DNA of 64,000 nucleotides. Source: Eledone cirrhosa (taxonomy: Eukaryota). The notes beneath the pieces are model-generated. The model was not told the origin of the DNA. It made no database searches and saw only the letters and a list, made by a program, of their open reading frames with translations. The stretch spans positions 119,722,001 through 119,786,000 of the forward strand of contig OZ024742.1 in NCBI GenBank assembly GCA_964016885.1, given 5' to 3'. Positions within the stretch are counted from its first letter, which is position 1, and each line of letters begins with the position of its first letter. This document shows positions 1-11,870 of the stretch, in pieces. A program made the translations under genes and the position numbers.

Positions 1-928
1 CTTGAGGCAAGAGTGATTGTCTTGTTCGCATAGGACTGTCTGGCAGGTTTTCTACAGTTGGATGCCCTTCCTAACACCAACCACATTTACAGTGTGGGAC
101 TGGGAGGTTTTTGCCGTGTTGCCTACACGGCCACATTACAGCGTGGACTGTGTGTTTTTTTGTCATGACACTTACACGATCTCATTTGTTTCGGCCTGGA
201 TGGTGTGGCACCAACATAACTTTACATAGAACGGGGTGGTGTGGATGAGGTGGGGGTGGTGGGACGGGGGGGGGGTATTTTGTTAGAGATGCCTACTGGC
301 TGTAGTAGGTTTTACTATGTATTTAGGTAAGGCGGGTCTTCTCTGTTACTGAGTACCGCCAAAGGTCTCGGTCCAGTGACATTGTCTTGGAGAGGTGTAA
401 GTGTGTGAGGTCGGAGTTTATCAGCTCGTCCCAGGTTTTTCTAGGTCTGCCTATTCCGTGGCTACCGTCTATCTTTATTGCCCTGCACTTTGTTATACAG
501 CTATCGACTTTCATGCGCATCACGTGTCCATACCAACGTAGCCTTCTCTCGAGTAAACAACATCTGATCCCTCTTATTTCTAATTTTTTCCTTAGTTCGT
601 TTATGCTTTGCCGTTCACGTATATTACTGTTACACATCCAGCGGAGCATGCAAGCTTCGTTTCTCTCTAGTCTGCGTATATCCTCTGCACACAATGCCCA
701 GGTCTCACTGCCATGCAACATTGCTGTTCGTATGCAGTCATCGTACAACCTGCCTTTCATTTTTAGGGAGAACCCTTTAGCAGCTAATAGTGGTATAAGC
801 TCTCTGAACTTTTTCCAACCAGTTCTGACTCTAGCTACTGTACTTTCAGAGCACCCTCCCCCACTGCTGATTTTATCACCCAGGTAACGGAAATTGTCCA
901 CTATTTCTATTGAACCCTCTGCGCAATG
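1..928 (-). mobile_element. RTE-clade LINE 3' fragment (family A)
   Basis: ORF 323-901: FRYLG...WKKFREL...MLHGSETW...LRWYGHV...GRPRKTW, the RTE post-RT C-terminus; 3' UTR runs off window start. Confidence 0.92.
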
Positions 929-1171
929 ATATATATATATATATAGTGTGTATATATATATATATATAGTGTATATATATATTGTATATATATATATATG
1001 TATATATAGTCTAACTCTCTAGCCCACTAAATATTAACACTTCGAATATTTAATACTGCCGGCACTAGTATCTAGCACCTTTGGCATACGCTACTTGGCA
1101 AATAACTATATGTATCACCTATCCCCCCTTTTTTTCTCGATACGTAAATACTATATAGTATATATATATAT

Positions 1172-2079
1172 AAGCTAACTAAGAACATAGATTTTACATG
1201 TGGCCGGTGTTCTGGGGCAATAAGTAGCAGCAAGTGCCACAAAATACTAGCTCTTTCAACTGCGCAGAGGGTTCTATAGAAATAATGGACAGCTTCCGTT
1301 ACCTGGGTGACAAAATCAGCAGTGGGGGGAGGGTGCTCTGAAAGTACAGTAGCTAGAGTCAGAACTGGGTGGAAAAAGTTCAGAGAGCTTATACCACTAT
1401 TAGCCGCTAAAGGGTTCTCCCTAAAAATGAAAGGCAGGCTGTACGGTGCCTGCATACGAACAGCAATGTTGCATGGCAGTGAGACCTGGGCATTGTGTGC
1501 AGAGGATATACGCAGACTAGAGAGAAACGAAGCTTGCATGCTCCGCTGGATGTGTAATAGTAATATACGTGAACAACAAAGCATAAACGAACTAAGGAAA
1601 AAATTAGAAATAAGAGGGATCAGATGTTGTTTACTAGAGAGAAGGCTACGTTGGTATGGTCACGTGATGCGCATGAAGGACGATAGCTGTATAACAAAGT
1701 GCAGGGCAATAAAGATAGACGGTAGCCACGGAATAGGCAGACCCAGAAAAACCTGGGACGAGCTGATAAACTCCGACCTCACACACTTACACCTCACCAA
1801 GACAATGTCACTGGACCGAGACCTTTGGCGGTACTCAGTAATAGAGAAGACCCGCCTTACCTAAATACAAAGTAAAACCTACTACAGTCAGTAGGCATCT
1901 CTAACAAAATACACCCCGTCCCACCACCCCCAACCCATCCACACCGCCCCCTTCTATGTAAAGTTATGTTGGTGCCACGCCATCCAGGCCGAAACAAATG
2001 AGATCGTGTAGGTGTCACGACAAAAAAACACACAGTCCACGCTGGAACACGGACGTTAAACGTTGATGATGATGATGAT
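1172..2079 (+). mobile_element. RTE LINE 3' fragment (family A), inverted relative to 1-928
   Basis: ORF 1307-1864 nearly identical to 323-901; ends in (GAT)n tail. Confidence 0.92.
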
Positions 2080-2119
2080 ATATAGTGTATATATATATAG
2101 TGTGTATATATATATATAG

Positions 2120-2211
<92 letters not shown>

Positions 2212-2421
2212 TATATATATATATATATATAGTTTTTAAAATCCAACGCCAATAAATACACCAGGATTTTTTCATTCTGATGATTGAAAGCAAAATTTTT
2301 TTGCTTTTAAGAAACCACTGGTAAATGAAATAATTGCCTTATGTTGTTTATTACATCACTATATAGTGTATATATATATAGTGTATATATATATATATAT
2401 ATAGTGTATATATATATATAT

Positions 2422-2456
<35 letters not shown>

Positions 2457-2460
<4 letters not shown>

Positions 2461-3263
2461 CAATGCTGCATGGCAGTGAGACCTGGGCATTGTGTGCAGA
2501 GGATATACGCAGACTAGAGAGGAACGAAGCTTGCATGCTCCGCTGGATGTGTAACAGTAATATACGTGAACGGCAAAGCATAAACGAACTAAGGAATAAA
2601 TTAGAGATAAGAGGGATCAGATGTTGTTTACTCGAGAGAAGGCTACGTTGGTATGGACACGTGATGCGCATGAAAGTCGATAGCTGTATAACAAAGTGCA
2701 GGGCAATAAAGATAGACGGTAGTCACGGAATAGGCAGACCTAGAAAAACCTGGGACGAGCTGATAAACTCCGACATCACACACTTACACCTCTCCAAGAC
2801 AATGTCACTGGACCGAGACCTTTGGCGGTACTCAGTAACAGAGAAGACCCGCCTTACCTAAATATATAGTAAAACCTACTCCAGCCAGTAGGCATCTCTA
2901 ACAAAATACACCCCGTCCCACCACCCCACCCCCCACCCGATCCACACCACCCCGTTCTATGTAAAGTTATGTTGGTGCCGCGCCATCGAGGCCGAAACAA
3001 ATGAGATCGTGTAGGTGTCACGACAAAAAAACACACAGTCCACGCTGTAATGTGGCCGTGTAGGCAACACGGTAAAAACCTCCCAGACCCACACTGTAAA
3101 TGTGGTTGGTGTTAGGAAGGGCATCCAACTGTAGAAAACCTGCCAGACAGTCCTATGCGAGCAAGACAATCACTCTTGCCTCAAGTGGGACTACCCCCGT
3201 CCAAACCCATGCAAGCGTGGAACACGGACGTTAAACGTTGATGATGATGATGATGATGATGAT
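2457..3263 (+). mobile_element. RTE LINE 3' fragment (family A) with complete 3' UTR
   Basis: ORF 2463-2861, UTR and (GAT)n tail. Confidence 0.92.
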
Positions 3264-3329
3264 ATATATATATAAATGGAATAGAATGAACGAAATTTCA
3301 TTTCTCACTCTTAGTACGGCACTTACTTA

Positions 3330-3500
3330 AATGTAAGTATGTATGATTGTATACATACATACATATATGTATACAGACGTACAATAGTATGCATATATAT
3401 ATACATACATGCACACATATATATATGCATATATATATGTGTGCATGTATGTATATATGTACATACTACTGTACGTCCGTATACATATATGTATGTACGT

Positions 3501-3532
<32 letters not shown>

Positions 3533-3597
3533 GTGTATATATATATACATACTACTGTACGTCTGTATACATATATGTATGTACGTATACATACATA

Positions 3598-3643
<46 letters not shown>

Positions 3644-3646
3644 GTG

Positions 3647-3679
<33 letters not shown>

Positions 3680-3900
3680 GTATATATAAATACTTTATAT
3701 ATATATATAGTGTATATATATATATATATATAGTGTGTATCATCATCATCATCATCATCATCATCATCGTTTAACGTCCATATTCCACGCTTGCATGGGT
3801 TTGGACGGGAGTTTTCCCACTTGAGGCAAGAGTGGTTGTCTTGCTCGCATAGGACTGTCTGGCGGGTTTTCTACAGCTGGATGCCCTTCCTAACACCAAC

Positions 3901-3944
<44 letters not shown>

Positions 3945-3958
3945 TATATATATATATA

Positions 3959-3996
<38 letters not shown>

Positions 3997-4108
3997 TATA
4001 TATATATATATAGTGTGTGTGTATATATATATATATATATACACTATATATATATATATAGTGTATATATATATATATATATATATAGTGTATATATATA
4101 TATAGTGT
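3330..4108. repeat. Compound (TA)n/(TACA)n microsatellite containing a minus-strand RTE 3' terminus (about 3739-3901)
   Basis: Direct reading; (CAT)n-cgtttaacgtcc...ggatgcccttcctaacaccaacc. Confidence 0.9.
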
Positions 4109-4976
4109 AGTTCATTCAGTAAAACACCAGTCTGATGAGCAGATTGATTCTCATCAGGTTCCATAAATAACATTAAGCCAATTATCATTGAAACGTGTGT
4201 AGCAGGTTAGCACTCAATAAAAACATAAATACATGTAAACGAACCTTCATCATTTTTTCTCATTATATCTATATGTGCGCATGTGTGTGTTTATCTGTAT
4301 ATATAAACAGTTATTATCTGATGAGGATTCATTGAATCTTCCAGTTGTGAGTTGTGTGAAGTTGATGGTAGTCTTTGTGCATGAATAGTTGGAAATATAA
4401 ACATATTTCAAGAGATTAGGAAGAACTTTCAGTTTGGGGTAGGTTTGAGAAAGAAGGACTGAGGTTTCATAGTATGTAAGAGATCAATAGATTATACATC
4501 AAACTACAATTTAATTCCAATATAAGGTTCAGTATTCATTTAATTATTGTAAGAGAAGTCAAAAGCTGCTTAGATGCATATACTAAGAAATATTTCATAT
4601 AGGTTATATAAAGTATAGCAAATAAGAAAATGCCATAAAAATGGCAATGGGAGAGCACTAACTTCACTGATGAGCCAGTAACAGGAAAGTAATGATAAAA
4701 TGATTTCGTTTGTAATCAGAAAAAGGAGATCAATTTAAATAACTTCAGCAGTTTTTATTGCTTCGATTAATTTTCTGTTACACAAATTAGGAAAGACCAA
4801 ATGAATTGTGTCCAAATTTGTGTATAGTATAAATAACTAGAAGCTGTAGCCAAAGTTGATCTCTAATAAAATGGTAAGAACCAATAAAATTGTCAAGATC
4901 ATATATATATTATAATATACATATATTAGATGATATATATATTATATAATATATATTACATAATATATATATATAT

Positions 4977-5430
4977 GTCTTCCTCTTCTAGTGTGTCCAT
5001 GTAGGGGCTCCCAAAGGAGTACTGAGTGCAATGTCAACTCTGGATGTCGGTGACCATGTCCAGCCAACCTCAGTCTCCTCTGTGTCACTTTTGAGCTGAC
5101 TTTTGGGATGCTCCCATACAGCTCTGAGTTTTTCATCCTCAGTGTATACTGATTAATGTTCAGAGCCATCCTCAGCATTCTCGTGTAGCACCCATCCACC
5201 ATCTGAGTGAGTTTCTTGGTCAGTGTCCAAGTCTCATACCCATACAGCAGCACAGACTCCACTACAGCAATGAAGAGGCGGATTTTCAGGTCTCTACGAA
5301 GGTCCGACTTCCACACCGATCTCAAGCTGTGGCACGCCGCCCAGGCCTTGCTCTTCCTCTCAACCACATCATCTTCCGTATTCCCAATCTTTGCTCCCAA
5401 ATACAGGAAGTCCTCAACCAATTCCAGGTT
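4977..5430 (-). mobile_element. RTE-like LINE C-terminal fragment (distinct family)
   Basis: ORF 4942-5655 contains DFLYLGA...SVLLYGYETWTL...RRLRLAGH...RRGR. Confidence 0.85.
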
Positions 5431-5577
5431 AACGTATGTTGATGCCCCTAAGGACAGACACTGGTCTGTTGGAGATGCAGGACATGGCAGCGATAATGAG
5501 GGACAGAGACCGCTGGAGAGAACTCGTCCATGGATCTCGGGAATTTTACCCACCTTAGATTGATATATATATATATA

Positions 5578-7583
5578 CAAGCGATGGAATGAGACATACA
5601 GGAAGGTGTGGAGAAGAAAGGTCTGGAAGCTAAAAGACCTTTCACTAAAATACAAATTTAGGAAAGCCCTTCAAAATGTGTATGACGAAAAAGAAGACGA
5701 TTTAGAGACGTATGGCATAGATAATAACTGGAATTTCTGACGTGACAACTTACTGCAGGCTACTGATGAAACTTGTGGCTAGAGCAGAGCTCCAACCAGA
5801 CAGAGAGTGACCTGGTGGTGGAACAGCACAGTAAATAAGGCCATTAGAGACAAAAGACTAGCATGGAAGGCTTGGAAAAATGGTGGGAGTAGGGAAGGAT
5901 ATACAGCCGCTAAGAGAGAAGCTAGACATCAGGTGTACTTAGCACGCAGGGTGGCTGAGAGTAGGAGGTTTGCCAATATTCTGCGACGGGAAGATCAGAG
6001 GCGTGTGGTGTTCCACATTGCAAGGCAGTGTATCAATGCAAATCAGGATGTTGTTGGAGATAAATGTGTCCGGAATGATGCTGGTGTACTTAGTGTCACG
6101 AATGATCAGAAAAAGGAGGCCTGGAAATGTCATTATGAGAGACTGATGAATGTGGAGAAGGAATGGGAGAGAGAGAAATTACTCTCAGTATATCTGACAG
6201 AGGGACCAGCTATTGCGATTGATGAATATAGGGTCCAAGAGATGATTAAGGAAATGAAAAATGGTATGGCTGCTGGACCATCGGGGATAGTTGCTGAGAT
6301 GCTGAAGGCATCAGGGGATGTAGGCACTAAACTGGTTGCATGCATCATCAATCAGGCTATATATGGTGGTGTCATACCCAAAGACTGGTGCAGCAGTATT
6401 CTCATAAATTGCTACAAAGGTAAAGAGGATGCTCTGGAGATGAGCAATTATAGGGGTATAAAGCTGATGGATCAGGTTATGAAAGTGGCAGAAAGGATAT
6501 TAGCACAACTAATTAGAGAAAGGGTCAAACTAGATGAGATGCAGTTTGGTTTTGTGCCTGGGAAGAGTACAACAGATGCCCTCTTCTTGGTGAGACAATT
6601 ACAAGAGAGGTTCTTAGAGAAAAATAAGCCACTATACTAAGCCTTTGTTGACCAAGAGAAGACCTTTGATAGGGTACCCCGATCTGTCATCTGGTGGTCC
6701 CTAAGGAAACTAGGTGTTAAAGAATGGCTTGTGAGGACAGTGAAAACTCTGTACAGAGGTACTGTCAGTAAAGTCAGACTAGGAATGGAGTTTATTGAGG
6801 AATTCCAGGTATAAGTAGGAATACAGCAAGGTTTGGTCCTCAGCCAGCTCTTGTTCATTATAGTCCTCCAAGCCATAATAGAGGAGTTTAAGACTGGCTC
6901 TACATGGGAACGTCTCTATGCTAACGATCTGGTTCTATTAGCAGAATCAGTAGAGGAGCTAGAGAATAATTCTGGCTATGGAAACAGCAGTTGAAAGTGT
7001 TGATGAGTAGAAAAGAGGACAAAACTCTGATTCCGTCAGGGAAATGGCCATGTTCGATATGCAGAAAAGGAACTGGCATAAATTCTATAAAATGCACACA
7101 ATGCAGATCCTGGGTACACAAGAGATGTAGCGGGATGGCAGGCAAACTAACAGGTAGGGAGAAATATGTATGCAGTAGATGTACAGGGAAATTAGACAGT
7201 AGAAGTCGCATTGATAGACACATTTTTCAAATGCAGGCGGGTGCTATAGAAGTGGTGGATAGCTTCCGGTACCTAGGAGATCAGATTGGCATTGGAGTGG
7301 GGTGTTTTGAGGCCATAGTATCTAGAATAAGGATGGGTTGGAAGAAGTTTAGGGAGCTGCTGACGAAGAAGAGTTTCTCTCTGCGTACTAAAGGCCAGTT
7401 ATATGATGCATGTGTGAGGAGTGTGATGCTGCATGGTAGTGAGACATGGGCAGCAACTGCAGAGGATATGCAACGGCTGGAGAGAAATGAGGCAAGCATG
7501 CTCCGTTGGATGTGCATGTCAATGTGTGTGAACGACCCAGCTTGAATGTGTTGAGAGAGAAACTGTGTCTGAGAGGGATAGAA
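5578..7583 (+). mobile_element. RTE LINE (family B) internal fragment with disrupted reverse transcriptase
   Basis: TWWWN, NYRGIKL, QFGFVPGKSTTDA, degenerate YA(N)D, Cys/His finger, FRYLGD; several in-frame stops. Confidence 0.92.
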
Positions 7584-7595
7584 TGATGATGATGA

Positions 7596-7651
<56 letters not shown>

Positions 7652-7802
7652 ATACTTTGGGAGGGTCATGTTGCCAATAAGAAACACACGCACCAGTTGC
7701 TTTCACTTCAATTTAATTTATTATATATTTATAAATTTACAAATTTATAAATTTCTGGTTGGTTGGTTGGTTCCACAACCAGATAGTTGTTTATATATAT
7801 AT

Positions 7803-7847
7803 AGTCATAGTTCTTTCGTCACACACTCTGTGACCTCTTCAGTGACT
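7803..7847 (-). ncRNA. Mirror copy of the minimal hammerhead motif
   Basis: Exact reverse complement of 7971-8015. Confidence 0.65.
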
Positions 7848-7970
7848 GGGGATTTCTTTCTTCGTTTCTGTGCCTTTCTTTTCTTCTATCCTACGCCATT
7901 TTGAAAATGGCGTAGAAAATGCCGTAGGATAGAAGAAAAGAAAGGCACAGAAACGAAGAAAGAAATCCCC

Positions 7971-8015
7971 AGTCACTGAAGAGGTCACAGAGTGTGTGAC
8001 GAAAGAACTATGACT
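7971..8015 (+). ncRNA. Minimal type I hammerhead ribozyme motif
   Basis: agtca-CTGAAGA-g-gtcaca(gagtg)tgtgac-GAAA-g(aa)c-TA-tgact: stem I agtca/tgact, 6-bp stem II, vestigial stem III, CUA cleavage triplet at 8008-8010. Confidence 0.65.
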
Positions 8016-8373
8016 ATATATATATAAACAACTATCTGGTTGTGGAACCAACCAACCAACCAGAAATTTATAAATTTGTAAATTTATAAATATATAATAA
8101 ATTAAATTGAAGTGAAAGCAACTGGTGCGTGTGTTTCTTATTGGCAACATGACCCTCCCAAAGTATAACAATATCGGTTTCAACACACGATTTCAGATAA
8201 AGAATCTTGCTAAACAAATTCAGAAACGAAATATATATATAAATATATATATATATTATATGATATATATATATATATATTATATGATAGTAATAATAAT
8301 AAAATGGAGACTAAAATCCAAAGAGGGCTCGATAAGGAAAATATATATCAAATATATAAGAACCGTAGAGCAA

Positions 8374-8869
8374 ATATTTATTAAAATAACAGATTAAAGT
8401 CTAAGCAAAGAATCGCTGCTTTCACCCTTAACGGGATCTTCTGAAACTAACAAAGTCAATCTGTAAACGCAGAACTGGATATTTCAAAAAACGTTGCAAC
8501 CGGAGGAAGACAGGAAGACGATACTTTGGTTCGTGGAAACGTTCGTTCATTGCCAGAGAACGTCTCTATGCACCACCTAAGAGAACATTAGTCTCTGACA
8601 TCTTTTATACCATAAACGTGGTTCTGTCTTTGCGCGTAATTGTTTTTCACCGCTCCTATTAATGACGTATTATTCGTTTTTTCCTGTTCTTTGCCAGCGA
8701 ACGTTTCCACGAACCAAAGTATCGTCTTCCTGTCTTCCTCCGGTTGCAACGTTTTTTGAAATATCCAGTTCTGCGTTTACAGATTGACTTTGTTAGTTTC
8801 AAAAGATCCCGTTAAGGGTGAAAGCAGCGATTCTTTGCTTAAACTTTAATCTGTTATTTTAATAAATAT
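8374..8869. repeat. Inverted repeat, about 172-bp arms (8374-8545, 8698-8869) around a 152-bp spacer
   Basis: Arms reverse-complementary with two mismatches seen. Confidence 0.9.
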
Positions 8870-8977
8870 ATATTATATGATATATATATATATATATTAT
8901 ATGATATATATATATATATATTATATGATATATATATATATATATATTATATGATATATATATATATATATATTATA

Positions 8978-9052
<75 letters not shown>

Positions 9053-9173
9053 GATATATATATATATATATATATTATATGATATATATATATATATATT
9101 ATATGATATATATATATATATATTATATGATATATATATATATATATTATATGATATATATATATATATTATA

Positions 9174-9212
<39 letters not shown>

Positions 9213-9313
9213 GATATATATATATATATATTATATGATATATATATATATATATATTATATGATATATATATATATATATATTATATGATATATATATA
9301 TATATATATTATA

Positions 9314-9354
<41 letters not shown>

Positions 9355-9377
9355 GATATATATATATATATTATATG

Positions 9378-9410
<33 letters not shown>

Positions 9411-10163
9411 GATATATATATATATATATAAGAGATTCTACAGGACTAGAACTGTTTCATTCATTAGAAATCATCAGGAAATATTATATAATATATATAT
9501 ATATATATATTATATAATATATATATATATATATATATTATATGATATATATATATATTATATGATATATATATATATATTATATGATATATATATATAT
9601 ATTATATGATATATATATATATATTATATGATATATATATATATATATTATATGATATATATATATATATATATATTATATGATATATATATATATATTA
9701 TATGATATATATATATATATATATATTATATGATATATATATATATATATTATATGATATATATATATATATATTATATGATATATATATATATTATATG
9801 ATATATATATATATATTATATGATATATATATATATTATATGATATATATATATATATTATATGATATATATATATATATTATATGATATATATATATAT
9901 ATATTATATGATATATATATATATATATTATATGATATATATATATATATATTATATGATATATATATATATATATTATATGATATATATATATTATATA
10001 TTATATGATATATATATATTATATATTATATGATATATATATATTATATGATATATATATATATATATTATATGATATATATATATATATATATTATATG
10101 ATATATATATATATATATATTATATGATATATATATATATATATATTATATGATATATATATA
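8870..10163. repeat. Compound satellite [TATTATATGA(TA)n]m
   Basis: Dozens of ttatatga units separated by variable (TA)n; a short unique insert at about 9431-9480. Confidence 0.95.
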
Positions 10164-10164
10164 C

Positions 10165-10468
10165 TATCATCATCATTTTACGTCCATTTTTCCCTGCTTA
10201 TAAGGGTGGGACGGGAACTGATTCTGGCTTGATTTCTACAGCTCGATGCCCTTCCTAACACCAACCTCATTTACAATGAGTGGTGGGTGGCTGTTGCCAT
10301 GGCACCTACACGACCACTTTGCAGTGGAATGATGGGGACCCGAGTCCCTATCATCTCATTTCTACAGCTGAGTAAACTGGAGCAATGTGAAATAAAGTGT
10401 CTTGCTCAAGGAAACAACACATCACCCGCTCTGAGAATTGAACTCACAACCTTTCGATTGCAAGTCCA
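10165..10468 (-). mobile_element. tRNA-derived SINE with RTE-type tail, 5'-truncated
   Basis: Near-identical to 58461-58797. Confidence 0.85.
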
Positions 10469-10535
10469 TGATATCATAATATATATATATATTATGATAT
10501 CATAATATACATATATTATATACATATTATTATAC

Positions 10536-11363
10536 CTAAAAATGAAAGGCAGGTTGTATGATGCCTGCATACGAACAGCAATGTTGCATGGCAGTGAGAC
10601 CTGGGCATTGTGTGCAGAGGATATACGCAGACTATAGAGGAACGAAGCTTGCATGCTCCACTGGATGTGTAATAATAATATACGTGAATGGCAAAGCATA
10701 AACGAACTAAGGAAAAAATTAGAAATAAGAGGGATCAGATGTTGTTTACTCGAGAGAAGGCTACGTTGGTATGGTCACGTGATGCGCATGAAAGACGACA
10801 GCTGTATAACAAAGTGCAGGGCAATAAAGATAGATGGCAGCCACGGAGTCGGCAGACCCAGAAAAACCTGGGACGAGCTGATAAATTCCGACCTCACACA
10901 CTTACACCTCTCCAAGACAATGTCACTGGACCGAGATCTTTGGCGGTACTCAGTAATAGAGAAGACCCGCCTTACCTAAATACAAAGTGAAACCTACTAC
11001 AGTCAGTAGGCATCTCTAACAAAATACATCCCCGTCTCACCACCCCTACCCCATCCACACCGCCCCTTTCAATGTAAAGTTATGTTGGTGCCACACCATC
11101 CAGGCCGAAACAAATGAGATCGTGTAGGTGTCACGACAAAAAAACACACAGTCCACGCTGTAATGTGGCCGTGTAGGTAACACGGTAAAAACCTCCCAGC
11201 CCCACACTGTAAATGTGGTTGGTGTTAGGAAGGACATCCAGCTGTAGAAAACCCGCCAGGCAGTCCTATGCGAGCAATGACAACCACTCTTGCCTCAAGT
11301 GGGAAAACCCCCGTCCAAACCCATGCAAGCGTGGAACACGGACGCTAAACCTGATGATGATGA

Positions 11364-11367
<4 letters not shown>
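10536..11367 (+). mobile_element. RTE LINE 3' fragment (family A)
   Basis: ORF 10653-10979 plus full UTR and (GAT)n. Confidence 0.92.
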
Positions 11368-11405
<38 letters not shown>

Positions 11406-11423
11406 TATATATATATATATATA

Positions 11424-11492
<69 letters not shown>

Positions 11493-11744
11493 GTTGCTTA
11501 ACCACAATAACTACTTTTCTTAACAAGGCTAAAAATTTAAATGCGTGTTTACTAAAAATGCATACAACCATAAGTCTGCCCCACAACTATCCCCACTTTC
11601 TCTAAATATATAAATATATATATAATATATCATATAACATTATATAATATATATATGTTATGTTATATAATGTGTATATATTAGATAATATAATATATAT
11701 ATATATAATATATGAAAATGTGTACCAGCAATAGCTGGAGATTT

Positions 11745-11862
11745 AACCCTGTGAAGGACTGGCGTCCTGTCCAGGGGGGAGTCTTGTACTCTCAGTCGCT
11801 TCAAGCCATGAAACCGGGATAAGCACCGGCCATATGAGCTTTCTGGCTTAAGACAGACTTTA
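11745..11862 (+). mobile_element. 3' part of a SINE
   Basis: aaccctgtgaaggactggcgtcctgtccagggg...gaaaccgggataagc resembles a widespread invertebrate SINE body; a related minus-strand relic lies near 28990-29260. Confidence 0.5.
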
Positions 11863-11870
11863 GAATTTAG

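Larger units (their letters stand above)
7644..8174. repeat. Near-perfect palindrome, 259-bp arms and 13-bp spacer; probable Penelope-like pseudo-LTR inversion
   Basis: Arms 7644-7902 and 7916-8174 are reverse complements (ORFs 7647+ and 8186- give the same peptide); contains hammerhead motif and AATAAA. Confidence 0.9.

Noticed and set aside
4315-4345. CTGATGA followed by a hairpin
   Set aside because: No GAAA after the stem
4660-4700. Hammerhead-like CTGATGA...GAAA
   Set aside because: Stem II does not close and stem I is only about 3 bp
7647-8186. Pair of identical small proteins on opposite strands
   Set aside because: Artefact of the palindrome; no coding features
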